Shown: positions 1-9,300 of the stretch, in pieces | How positions within the stretch are numbered: position 1 is the first letter of the stretch | Layout: every line of letters begins with the position of its first letter | Assembly: GCA_964642015.1 (NCBI GenBank) | Contig: CAZXLF010000001.1 | Span: 43,946 to 107,945, forward strand | DNA: 64,000 bases | Reading direction: 5' to 3' | From: an uncultured Planctomycetia bacterium | GTDB taxonomy: Bacteria; Omnitrophota; Gorgyraeia; 2-02-FULL-51-18 | The notes under the pieces: generated by a model | Seen by the model: only the letters and a program-made list of their open reading frames with translations | The model's database searches: none | What the model was told of the DNA's origin: nothing | Translations under genes and position numbers: made by a program

Positions 1-751
1 CCGGCAGCCAGTTATGAAAAGGGAATTGAGCCGATTTTCCCATGACGCCTGTAAAAACAAGCAGACCCAAAATGGTCAAAAGTTTGGGTGAAAAAGCGTG
101 CTGCAATGAGCTTGCGGTCAAATCCACAAAATTCAACGAGCCAAAAAGGATAAAAATAAGGATTACACCCAGATAAAATCCCAGATCGCCAAGACGGTTG
201 ATCACAAATGCTTTTCGCGCGGCGGTCGCGGCACTTGGTTTCTCAAACCAGAATCCGATTAGTAAATACGAGGTGAGACCCACAAGCTCCCAGAAAAGGA
301 AGGTCTGCAGAAGATTATTTGACAGCACCAGGCCTGTCATCGAGAACGAAAAGAAACTTAAGAATCCAAAATAACGTGCCCGCGAATGATCTTCATTCAT
401 ATAATACACAGAGAATAACTGAACGAAGAATGAAATAACGGTGACGAGCCAGATCATCAGAAGATTCAACCGATCCATCAGAAAGCCGACTACTAAGGTA
501 TAATTTTGGATCGTGGTATGCGGCCAGAGCGGACCATCGGAGACGTGAAGCCAGGGATAAATAAACTGACTTGGCAGACCCTCACCATTCAAATGGCTTA
601 AGAAAAGTTTGGAACTGGCGGAAGCCGCTGTCAGAGCGCACAACACACCGATGATCGGGGCGATTTTTTTCAATGCTTTCGGTGTGATCTGAATCAATAG
701 AAACGCGGTTAAAGGCGCCAACTGAATTACCCAGAGAAGTTTTAAGTCCAT
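1..751 (-). CDS. nuoL: NADH-quinone oxidoreductase subunit L, N-terminal part (gene continues past window start)
   Basis: Reverse complement of 749-751 is ATG, directly after the nuoK stop. Translation MDLKLLWVIQ...FLFWELVGLTSYLLIGFW...AARKAFVINRLGDLGF carries hallmark NuoL/MrpA motifs. It is absent from the ORF track because there is no stop in the window. Confidence 0.8.
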   Translation of the reverse strand, partial: MDLKLLWVIQLAPLTAFLLIQITPKALKKIAPIIGVLCALTAASASSKLFLSHLNGEGLPSQFIYPWLHVSDGPLWPHTTIQNYTLVVGFLMDRLNLLMIWLVTVISFFVQLFSVYYMNEDHSRARYFGFLSFFSFSMTGLVLSNNLLQTFLFWELVGLTSYLLIGFWFEKPSAATAARKAFVINRLGDLGFYLGVILIFILFGSLNFVDLTASSLQHAFSPKLLTILGLLVFTGVMGKSAQFPFHNWLP

Positions 752-752
752 A

Positions 753-1067
753 TCACCCTTTCAGGTCTTTCGCTTCTTCAATGTTAATGGAATCTCTCCG
801 CCGATAGAGCAGCAGGATCAAACTTAGGCCGATGCATACTTCCGCGGCTGCCAATGCGATGATGAATACGACAAATACTTGACCAAGTGCTTTATTCGCA
901 AGGCAAAATTTGTTGAATGCCAGAAAATTGATACTTGCGGAGTTCAGGATAAGTTCCAGTGAAATCAGCATGGCCACAAGATTTCTTCTGAAAAGCAGGC
1001 CAAAAACTCCGATGGAAAACAGCCCCGCAGAAATGAATAAGTAGCTTTGGAGAGACTGGCTGATCAT
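753..1067 (-). CDS. nuoK: NADH-quinone oxidoreductase subunit K
   Basis: 104-aa three-helix membrane protein with NuoK-like sequence (LELILNSASINFLAF). It sits in the conserved J-K-L order and overlaps nuoJ by 4 nt. Confidence 0.85.
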   Translation of the reverse strand: MISQSLQSYLFISAGLFSIGVFGLLFRRNLVAMLISLELILNSASINFLAFNKFCLANKALGQVFVVFIIALAAAEVCIGLSLILLLYRRRDSINIEEAKDLKG

Positions 1068-1561
1068 GCAGAGTCCTTTGTGTTCGAGATCACCAACGCT
1101 CCGATAATAGCTACCAAAAGGATCAAAGAAACAACTTCGAAGGGTAATAAACTGTTACCCAAGAACATCCTACCGATCGCGCGGATCGAATAATCGCCTT
1201 CAATGGAAACTTGAGGCCACTGGGTTTTACGTATAACTTTCGTAAGTCCTACAAATAACGCGGTCCCGATCACCAAAGATCTGAGGATTTTTATCCCATT
1301 CCTTTTTTCGTGCTTCTGGAACATGGGCCGTGAAAGCATGATCGCGAAAATGATTGCGATAGAAATAGCGCCGATATAGATGATCACTTCCATGATCGCG
1401 AGGAACTCGCTGTTGAGATAGATGAAAAGACCGGCAACGCAGAAGAGGCAAAGGATAAGGGCTAGGGCGTTATAAAATACGTTCTTAAGCCATACTGCTA
1501 ATAAAGCGGCGATCAAAAGAATCGATGCTAAACCGACAAATACGATATCTGCGATGATCAT
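1064..1561 (-). CDS. nuoJ: NADH-quinone oxidoreductase subunit J
   Basis: 165-aa polytopic membrane protein located between nuoI and nuoK. Its 4-nt overlaps with both neighbours indicate translational coupling. Confidence 0.75.
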   Translation of the reverse strand: MIIADIVFVGLASILLIAALLAVWLKNVFYNALALILCLFCVAGLFIYLNSEFLAIMEVIIYIGAISIAIIFAIMLSRPMFQKHEKRNGIKILRSLVIGTALFVGLTKVIRKTQWPQVSIEGDYSIRAIGRMFLGNSLLPFEVVSLILLVAIIGALVISNTKDSA

Positions 1562-2106
1562 GCTTTAGGCGGCTCCGTCGCGCTTGTGGATGGTTTCGCT
1601 GCCGGAGCAGCGGCTGTTGCAGGAGCAGTTTGCCCTGGAGCTAAGACCGGAATCTTTGTCAGCGGTGTGCCGCGTTTCTCGAACGGCTCTAAAAGATCCA
1701 TGATCAATTCTTTTTGAGTCAGCGAAACCATGTCGTAATTCGGATCATCATGTTTCAGTGCGTCCGTAGGGCAGACGTCTATGCACAGACTGCATAGACT
1801 GCAAAGCATGTAGTTGACTTTGAAATCTGTCAACACTCTTTTGCCGTCAATAGCGCTTTTTTGAGCTTCCAGTGACATGCAGCGCGACGGGCAGGTTTTG
1901 ATGCAGGCGTTACAGGCGATACATTTGTGATCGCCCGTTTTTTCATCCACCACGAACGAGATCGGTCCTTTGAAGCGTTTCATCGGGATTCGTTCTTTGG
2001 GATAGATCACGGTGACCGGCTTCTTGAACGCGTAGCGGATCGTGATGCTCATTCCTACGATCAAGCTCCAGGCACCGTCGATAATGTCTTTGAAATATTT
2101 CATCAT
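1558..2106 (-). CDS. nuoI: NADH-quinone oxidoreductase subunit I (2x[4Fe-4S]) with Ala/Pro-rich C-terminal tail
   Basis: Two CxxCxxCxxxCP ferredoxin motifs (CIACNACIKTCP, CSLCSLCIDVCP). The likely start is at MMKYFKD (2106) rather than the ORF-track start at 2157, which overlaps nuoH. The C-terminal tail is PGQTAPATAAAPAAKPSTSATEPPKA. Confidence 0.85.
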   Translation of the reverse strand: MMKYFKDIIDGAWSLIVGMSITIRYAFKKPVTVIYPKERIPMKRFKGPISFVVDEKTGDHKCIACNACIKTCPSRCMSLEAQKSAIDGKRVLTDFKVNYMLCSLCSLCIDVCPTDALKHDDPNYDMVSLTQKELIMDLLEPFEKRGTPLTKIPVLAPGQTAPATAAAPAAKPSTSATEPPKA

Positions 2107-2107
2107 T

Positions 2108-3088
2108 TTATTTGAAGAAATGCTGGAATTGTAACATACACGCTGTAATGAAAACATTAAGAATCGCGAATGGGATCAATATTTTCCACGCGAATGCCAT
2201 TAATTGGTCGCTGCGCAGCCGCGGAAATGACCAGCGGATCCACATGATCACGAACACTAACGCATAAACCTTGATTAAAAACCATACGATACCGGGCAAA
2301 AATGGTCCACGCCAACCACCTAAGAAAAGCGTCGCTGAGATCGCCGATGAAACAAAGATGGCCGTATATTCTCCAAGAAAGAAAAGCGCAAAACGCATTC
2401 CGGAATACTCAGTATGGAATCCAGCGACGAGTTCTGACTCTGCTTCGGGAATATCAAAAGGTGCGCGGTTAGCTTCAGCGAGGCTTGCGCATAAAAATAT
2501 AAGGAACGCAAGCGGTTGCAGTATGATAAACCAGCTATCCTTTTGAGCGGCGACCAGTTCGGTTGTTTTGAGAGTGCCGGCGGTCATCACGACTCCCATC
2601 GTTGATAAAAGAAGGGGAATTTCATAAGAAATATTTTGAGCCACAGCGCGCATAGAGCCTAGTAGCGCATATTTATTATTCGATGACCAACCGGCTATGA
2701 ATATGCCGATGAAGCTGATATTGGTTAATGAAAACACGAAGAGAAAGCCCACGTTCAGATCGCGGATGATCCAGTGTTTGCTAAAAGGCATGATCAAGAA
2801 GGCCGATAAAACGGGCGCAAATACTAGCACCGGCGCCAGCCAATAACAAAATTTATCCGATTCTTTTGGAAATGACAGTTCTTTACTGATCAATTTGATC
2901 GCGTCTGCGGCGGTTTGAAGAAGACCGTGAATGCCGACATGCAACGGGCCACGGCGAAGCTGAATGCGCGCCGAGACTTTTCTTTCCATCCAAACAAGAA
3001 ACAGTGCATTTACTGAAACAAAAAGAACGACCAATGTTCCAAGAACGATAATTCTTATGATTTCTGTTAGGACGTTATTCATGTTCAA
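2108..3088 (-). CDS. nuoH: NADH-quinone oxidoreductase subunit H
   Basis: 326-aa polytopic membrane protein with NuoH/ND1 signature regions (EYTAIFVSS, GGWRGPF). It has a TTG start at 3088, or ATG at 3082. Confidence 0.9.
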   Translation of the reverse strand: MNMNNVLTEIIRIIVLGTLVVLFVSVNALFLVWMERKVSARIQLRRGPLHVGIHGLLQTAADAIKLISKELSFPKESDKFCYWLAPVLVFAPVLSAFLIMPFSKHWIIRDLNVGFLFVFSLTNISFIGIFIAGWSSNNKYALLGSMRAVAQNISYEIPLLLSTMGVVMTAGTLKTTELVAAQKDSWFIILQPLAFLIFLCASLAEANRAPFDIPEAESELVAGFHTEYSGMRFALFFLGEYTAIFVSSAISATLFLGGWRGPFLPGIVWFLIKVYALVFVIMWIRWSFPRLRSDQLMAFAWKILIPFAILNVFITACMLQFQHFFK

Positions 3089-3092
3089 TCTT

Positions 3093-3153
3093 CAGAAAAC
3101 AGACGTCAGAGAACAGATATTGCTTTAATCTGTACGCTGTCTTCTGTCTTCTG
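3093..3153. repeat. Imperfect hairpin of tandem heptamers, (CAGNNNN)3CAG - 13-nt loop - (CTGNNNN)3CTG, in the nuoCD-nuoH intergenic region
   Basis: The arm cagaaaacagacgtcagagaacag (3093-3116) matches the reverse complement of ctgtacgctgtcttctgtcttctg (3130-3153) at 18 of 24 positions. Confidence 0.5.
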
Positions 3154-3172
3154 AACACTTTCTTTAAATTAA

Positions 3173-4810
3173 TCAACGGTCGATCTCCGGCAACACGATA
3201 TCGATGCTTCCGAGCACCGCGACAACATCGGAAACCAGGCATCCGGGAAGCATGTCGATCATAGCGTTTAGATTTGAAAATGACGGTGTGCGAAGTTTCA
3301 TTCGGTAAGGATTTAAAGAGCCGTCGCTTACCAGGCAAATTCCGAAAGAACCGCGAGCTGATTCCACAGCAGAATAATACTCACCTTTAGGCACGTTTTT
3401 TGGCAGTTTTCCAAGCGTTACTTCGCCGGTTGGTATCTTATCGATGACCTGCGAAACGATTTTTAAGCTTTCTTCCATTTCCCGCGTGCGAATTTTGTAT
3501 CGTGAATAAACGTCTCCGCCTGTTTCAGTAGGGATGTTAAAATCAAGCTGAGGATAGATTGAATAGGGCTCGTCTCTTCTTAGATCGAACGGGATTCCGC
3601 TACCTCTCAAAGACGGGCCTGTCACACTGTATTTTAATGCGGTTTCTTTCGTGATGAGACCGAGTCCTTGGGTGCGCTTCCTGAAAATAATATTTTTTGT
3701 GACGAGCGCGTCATAATCGCGCAAGCGCTTCTTGAAATGGGGCATAAATTCTTTGATCGCCGGGATCATTTCAGCGGGAATATCTTTGTCCAGACCGCCG
3801 AAGCGGAAATAATCGTAGGTCAAACGCTCGCCGGTGGCCATTTCAAGGATGTCCAGTATTTTTTCCCGGTCATCGAAACAGTAAAAAAACGGCGTGAAAC
3901 CTCCGAGGTCCAGCAGAAAAGTACCCATCCACAAAAGATGTGATGCAATGCGATTAAGTTCTGTTGTGAGAACGCGAATGTATTCGACTCGCGGGGGAGG
4001 TTGGATACCCATAGCTTTTTCGATCAATACTGCATAGCCAAAGTTGTAACTCATCGCACCGACATAGTCGAGGCGTCCCATGTTAGGCCAGCAGGCCAGA
4101 TAATTCTGTATCTCCATCATTTTTTCATGATGACGATGGGAATAGCCGATGACCGGCTGGGCATCGATGACCCGTTCGCCGTCCAGATGAAGAAGTATTC
4201 TCAAGACCCCATGTGTGCTCGGGTGCTGAGGACCTAAATTTAGGTAATAATCTTTGCTGTTTTTCTTGTCTTGAATAACAACAGCATCCTTATATTGAGC
4301 GCTGAAACCTTCGGCGTCCTCTTCGATAAGCTTGAGCGATTGCGCGACATCAGCGCCTTTTGGCTCGCCTTTAAAGCTTTTGAGCAACGGAAATATGTCA
4401 GAGCTCTCTGGCAAAAGGAGGCGTTTGAGATTCGGATGATCGATGAATTTCACGCCAAACATGTCATAGATCTCGCGTTCTAGCCAATCAGCGGACCGAT
4501 AAATGGAGGAAATGCTGGGCGCAGTGTTTGATTCTTTTGGAACAAGGATCTTTACGCAGGATCTTTGCGTAGCTCCCCATTGATTAAAGTGGTAAACGAT
4601 CTCAAAACATTCAACAAAATCTACGGCTGTCAGAGATTCGAGAAAAAAGCCCTGGCTTAAATATTCTTTTGCAACATCACGGATCTTGGATTGGGGAACG
4701 ATCGCTTCGAATGAAATGCCGGAAGTCTTTAGATCTTTTTCATTAAATTCGTCAGGTTTTACAGTTTCCAGGAGCCAGCTTTTAATGTTTTTCTCTGTTA
4801 GAGTAGGCAT
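3173..4810 (-). CDS. nuoCD: Fused NADH-quinone oxidoreductase subunit C/D (30 kDa + 49 kDa)
   Basis: The N-terminal half is NuoC-like (DWLEREIYDMFGVKFIDHPNLKRLL). The C-terminal half is NuoD-like (LNLGPQHPSTHGVLRL...RLDYVGAMS...ATGERLTYDY). The start is at MPTLTEK (4810), not the upstream ORF-track Met. Confidence 0.85.
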   Translation of the reverse strand: MPTLTEKNIKSWLLETVKPDEFNEKDLKTSGISFEAIVPQSKIRDVAKEYLSQGFFLESLTAVDFVECFEIVYHFNQWGATQRSCVKILVPKESNTAPSISSIYRSADWLEREIYDMFGVKFIDHPNLKRLLLPESSDIFPLLKSFKGEPKGADVAQSLKLIEEDAEGFSAQYKDAVVIQDKKNSKDYYLNLGPQHPSTHGVLRILLHLDGERVIDAQPVIGYSHRHHEKMMEIQNYLACWPNMGRLDYVGAMSYNFGYAVLIEKAMGIQPPPRVEYIRVLTTELNRIASHLLWMGTFLLDLGGFTPFFYCFDDREKILDILEMATGERLTYDYFRFGGLDKDIPAEMIPAIKEFMPHFKKRLRDYDALVTKNIIFRKRTQGLGLITKETALKYSVTGPSLRGSGIPFDLRRDEPYSIYPQLDFNIPTETGGDVYSRYKIRTREMEESLKIVSQVIDKIPTGEVTLGKLPKNVPKGEYYSAVESARGSFGICLVSDGSLNPYRMKLRTPSFSNLNAMIDMLPGCLVSDVVAVLGSIDIVLPEIDR

Positions 4811-4817
4811 GGTTTGA

Positions 4818-5504
4818 TCAGACTTTCGCTTCTTGAGGAGCGGGAGTCGGCGGTGTGGGGGGTGCCGGTGGTTTTCTGAATTCTGCGCGCGAAATGGCAT
4901 TCTTGTATTCTGCGGGACGATTATCTTGTGAGTCTTTTACAGAAGCCGGTGACATGACACCTTGAGTTTTTCCTGAGAGAATTTGTTTTTGGAGTTCAAG
5001 GACCCCGGCGATCAATGCCTCGGGCCTTGGCGGACAGCCGGGAACATACACATTTACCGGAATGATCTTGTCGATACCTTCAAGAATGCCGTATTGGCCG
5101 GGATATTTGAAAGGGCCGCCGGCAGTCGCGCAGCCTCCAAGAGCAATGACATATTTAGGCGAAGGCATTTGATCATATAAAGTCTTGATACATGGGACCA
5201 TTTTTCTTGAAATAGTTCCGGCCACGATCATCAGATCTGCCTGTCGCGGCGACGGACGAAATACGCCGAACCCAAAACGGTCCATATCAAAACGTGCCGC
5301 GCCTCCGGCCATCAGTTCAATCGCACAGCAGGCCAAGCCGAATGTTAGCGGCCATAAAGAATTGGCTCTTGCTAAATTTAATACGTCTTCAACACGAAAA
5401 AGATTCACTAAACCTGGTGCGGGAGATTGAGTGTTTAGATAATTGGGGTCTTTGTTGATCTCAAGATTGGGATTTATTTCCATGCAAATAATCCTTTTTT
5501 CCAT
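4818..5504 (-). CDS. nuoB: NADH-quinone oxidoreductase subunit B (N2 [4Fe-4S]) with Pro-rich C-terminal extension
   Basis: [10 protein letters not shown]...[10 protein letters not shown]...PGCPPRP motifs. The tail is [17 protein letters not shown]. Confidence 0.85.
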   Translation of the reverse strand: MEKRIICMEINPNLEINKDPNYLNTQSPAPGLVNLFRVEDVLNLARANSLWPLTFGLACCAIELMAGGAARFDMDRFGFGVFRPSPRQADLMIVAGTISRKMVPCIKTLYDQMPSPKYVIALGGCATAGGPFKYPGQYGILEGIDKIIPVNVYVPGCPPRPEALIAGVLELQKQILSGKTQGVMSPASVKDSQDNRPAEYKNAISRAEFRKPPAPPTPPTPAPQEAKV

Positions 5505-5839
5505 GCATACAAAATTGCAAATGACAGTAACGCCAAAAAGATCCCAATCTCAAATAACGCTGCAAAACTCACTACCTCTTTATATATAACGAGGACCGGG
5601 AAAAGAAAAGCAGCTTCCACATCAAAGGCCAAGAAAATTAACGCGAAAAGATAATAGTTAATATCAAATTGAATCCACGCGCCGCCGATGGGCACTTCGC
5701 CGCTTTCATAAGGATCGCTGGCGCGGGAACCACGGCTTTTAGGGCTGATCAGGAGAGGAAGGAACGTGTTGACCACGACAAAACCAATGCCGATGATCAG
5801 GAATCCGAGAACATAAGAATAATCATGTAATAAAGACAT
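5474..5839 (-). CDS. nuoA: NADH-quinone oxidoreductase subunit A
   Basis: 121-aa protein with the NuoA motif [19 protein letters not shown]. It is the first gene of the minus-strand nuo operon. Confidence 0.85.
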   Translation of the reverse strand: MSLLHDYSYVLGFLIIGIGFVVVNTFLPLLISPKSRGSRASDPYESGEVPIGGAWIQFDINYYLFALIFLAFDVEAAFLFPVLVIYKEVVSFAALFEIGIFLALLSFAILYAWKKGLFAWK

Positions 5840-6239
5840 TAAAGCAAAGCTCCGAACGTTTATAGCGCAACAGTATACAAAAAAGATAATGGCAAGTCAA
5901 CGCAGTTGGTTTTGATGGTTTTAGCGGAACGAAAAATTTTGGAATTTGTTGCAAAAGAGAATAAAAGCTAAGACAGGGCACGTAAAAAAGAGCATTTTCT
6001 ATCGCACAAGCCTTGACCACTATCTGGGTTCGTTCTTAGTGAATCGGAAAACTTGGATTTTTACAATAAAACACCTCAAATTTTTCAATTTAATATTTCA
6101 TAATATATTGAAATATAAAGAGTTATAGTTTATTTAAAGCGGTCCGAATATTTGTATTTTGACAGTATGGTCATGTATACTTTTGTTAAAATACGCTCAT
6201 GTTCATTTTGGTTCCACACTCTATAAATATTAATAGACT
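5840..6239. promoter_or_regulatory. AT-rich divergent intergenic region between the minus-strand nuo operon and the giant gene; promoters expected
   Basis: 400 bp of high AT content. It contains TTGACA (6159-6164), an extended -10-like TGtTAAAAT (6184-6192) and TATAAAT (6223-6229) only 11 nt upstream of the giant-gene ATG. No clear SD precedes that ATG. Confidence 0.3.
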
Positions 6240-6323
6240 ATGGCAAGAAAACACAAACAAATCATAAGATCCCTCTCTTTGCTGTTGGCGGTTTCTTTTT
6301 TTGCGTCGGAACTTGCTTATGCA
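6240..6323 (+). other. Sec-type signal peptide of the giant protein (MARKHKQIIRSLSLLLAVSFFASELAYA|AP)
   Basis: Basic n-region, hydrophobic h-region and an A-Y-A signal-peptidase I site. Confidence 0.6.
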
Positions 6324-9300
6324 GCACCTATTGATGCGCAGGCAGTGAGAGAAGTTCCGATACAAATCATCGCTCAAGATCCCACGCGTTTTGAAGCACC
6401 TGTTTCTTTTACAACTCTCAAGGAAATTCATAAAGGCAGCGAAAATACTTTGATCATTCATATTCAGGATGCGCATGCGAATTATAGCGGTCAGGAAAAT
6501 TTAGCTAACGCACTGGATGAGCTCATGACAAAGTACAAGATCAGTTTAGTTCTTGTCGAAGGCGGGACCAAAGACGATACGTTGACTCCCATTAAAAAAG
6601 TCGCATCACCCTTGGTTTGGAAAAAAGTTGCGAAGAAATTTCTTGGCGAGGGAAAGATCACAGGCGAAGAGTACCTTAATCTGATCTCTGATCATCCGAT
6701 GAAGATCATGGGGATCGAGGATAAAGCGCTTTATATGTCTAGCTTGAACGCTTATAAAGACCTGGCCGATAAAAGGGAAACAACCTTGGGCTATCTTAAG
6801 AAGATCCAAGCCGCAGTGGATAAAGTTAAGAAAAAAGTTTATCCAGTGGAACTTTTGGATTATGAGAAAGAAAAAAGTAAAACAAATACTGTGCTTAACG
6901 GAACACCGGCGTTCGAGAAAAATTTTGAGATTAATTTCAGGGGATTAATGAAACTGATTGCCGATATTCAAAATGCGGACAGCCATGGAGAGAATTTCCT
7001 GGCACCTTTTCCCGATCTTCAAAAATTAAAAGCCATTCAAGAAAAAGAGAGATCGATTGATTTTGACGCGGCCAATCTGGAGCAGGCGGCTTTGATAGAA
7101 GAGATCCAAAAACGAGGGGGAATTGAAGAGTTCAAAGATTATCTGAAGAAGCTTGGTCAGATGAAGGATCAAAGAGCTTGTCAATTTGCCTACTTTCAAA
7201 ATACTTTAAATATAGCCAAAAAAAAGGGGATCTCGATAGAAAAGTATCCCGATCTGATCATTTATGGCGAATACCTAAAGAATTTTCAAGAATTGGATTT
7301 AGACCTTGTGTTAGATCAGTTGGAGCGTGCCGAGGACCAGGTTTACGTAAGGCTTTTTCAGCGCAATGCCAAATTTCAGAACGACGCTCGCCTAGTCCGG
7401 TCAATAGACCGTTATATAGGTCTTCTTGATACTGCATATCGGATCAAGATGTCGACCAAGGAATTTAACCTCTTCAAAGTTAATGAACCGGATTTTACCA
7501 CTCCCAGTTATTTGGCTTTTCTAAATCGTAAGCTAGCCGAGTATGGATATTTTCAAGACCTGATCCCGTATCAAACAAAAGAGACAGGCAATCCGCTTGA
7601 AGAAGGAAAAAAAGCGTTGGAGGCGTTTTATGATTCCGTGAATCAAAGAGATATGGCATTTATCAAAAATACCGAAAGAATTTTGAAAAATGAAAACCAA
7701 CAAGTAGCGGTGCTTATTTCGGGAGGTTATCATACGCCGCATCTTAAGAAACTTTTCAAAGAAAAAAACTATTCCTACGCGGTCCTCACCCCTATCATTA
7801 CTTCTGAAACCGATCAGTCTAAATATGAAAAAATATTGCTCGAACCGATCAAAAAGGAATCTAAGGTTGTTGAGAATGTCCAAGGCGAGCGCAAGTCACA
7901 GGATAAATCGTTGAGCGATCTGGAGGAAGATTTGATCAAGCTTAAGAAGCAGTCTGATCAAGTCAGGCAAACGGAATTAGTGGAATCCGGTAGCCGACTG
8001 GCTGAGGTGTTGAAAGACATTGAGGCTAACGGAGCAGGTGAAGAAGCGGTTGCTGCGGCAAGTTTAAATCTTTTAAAAAATAATCCACGATCGGCAAGTG
8101 AGCCAGTTCCGGCTATGGCGGATACAAAACTCGCAAGCGCACCGCAAAATATTCCTTCCGGCGCACGTCTCTCATCTCAAAACGAAAATACCGAACGGCC
8201 AGACTCACGAGAGGTGAGAGGGACATTGCTTTTGGTTGAGAAAAGTTTTCTGTTGCCGAACTGGCTCGGTCTTTTTCTGACCAAAATACTGTTTCAATTC
8301 TATGCCAAGCGTAATTTTGGATTGATCAGGTGGAATACCAATACGGAGATTATCTGTCTGCCTTGGTCTGACCAGAAAATACGCGATACGCATCCAGAAT
8401 ATCATCGGAAGTTGTGGCAAGAATGGAAAGATGCGCACGGCCGCTATGACGATTGGAATGTGACGGTCAATCTGGTGAGCCGTTTCATGCCGACGCCTGC
8501 GGCAGTAGCGGTCTCGATGGAAGAAAAAAATATCAATGTTTTCATCAAAATGTCGCTATGGGATCGTCGAGATCTTTTTGGGCATATATTTGACAAAGCA
8601 GACGAATTTATCCAGCAAAGCGAATCTTCTCATGCCCAGGGTTCGCGGCTTGCGTTGAATCGTTTCAAGGCGCCTGTCTATATTGACGAGAAGGACTTTG
8701 ATAATGCGAACAGGTCATATCTTGATCGTCACCGAGATCAGTGGCAATGGATCCGAGAAAATATAATGCCGTACCTGATTGAACGGGCCCTAAAGAGGGT
8801 CCATGGATCTGAAAAACCAAGACTTGATGTGCTTGTGTTAGGCGCAAGCACCGGAGAAGAATTAGCTAGGACATTTTATGAAGTCACTACGGATCTTTCC
8901 GCCAGAGGTTATGATCCTAATCAGTGGATCTTGATGATTCATGGTTTTGATTCAGACCGGAATGTAGTTTCCGAAGGACAGAAAAGATTAAGAGGCCAGT
9001 CACCTTTCATTGGTGCGCGGCCCTTTCAAACAGAAGCGCAACTGGAGGATTATGCGGGGCGTGTCGTTTCACTGCTGAATCAATATCGTGAGAAAGTAGC
9101 AGAGAGTTTATTTTTGCACCAAAGAAATGTTCTGGATATCGCGCCGCTGAAGAATAGCTTCCCGAACGCGGACATTATTCTTGTGAATCATCTGATGAGG
9201 ATCTTGAAAAATAATCAGCGATTGGCGCTTATTCAGAATTTGAGTTTTGAATGGAAAGATGCGCTGCTTGCGATAGGTGATATGCCTAAATTCGAAAATG

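Noticed and set aside
5840-6239. Possible tRNA or small RNA in the 400-bp divergent intergenic region (GGGTTCG-like stretch near 6030)
   Set aside because: No cloverleaf-compatible acceptor or T-arm complementarity. The sequence lacks the GTTCRANYC T-loop context.
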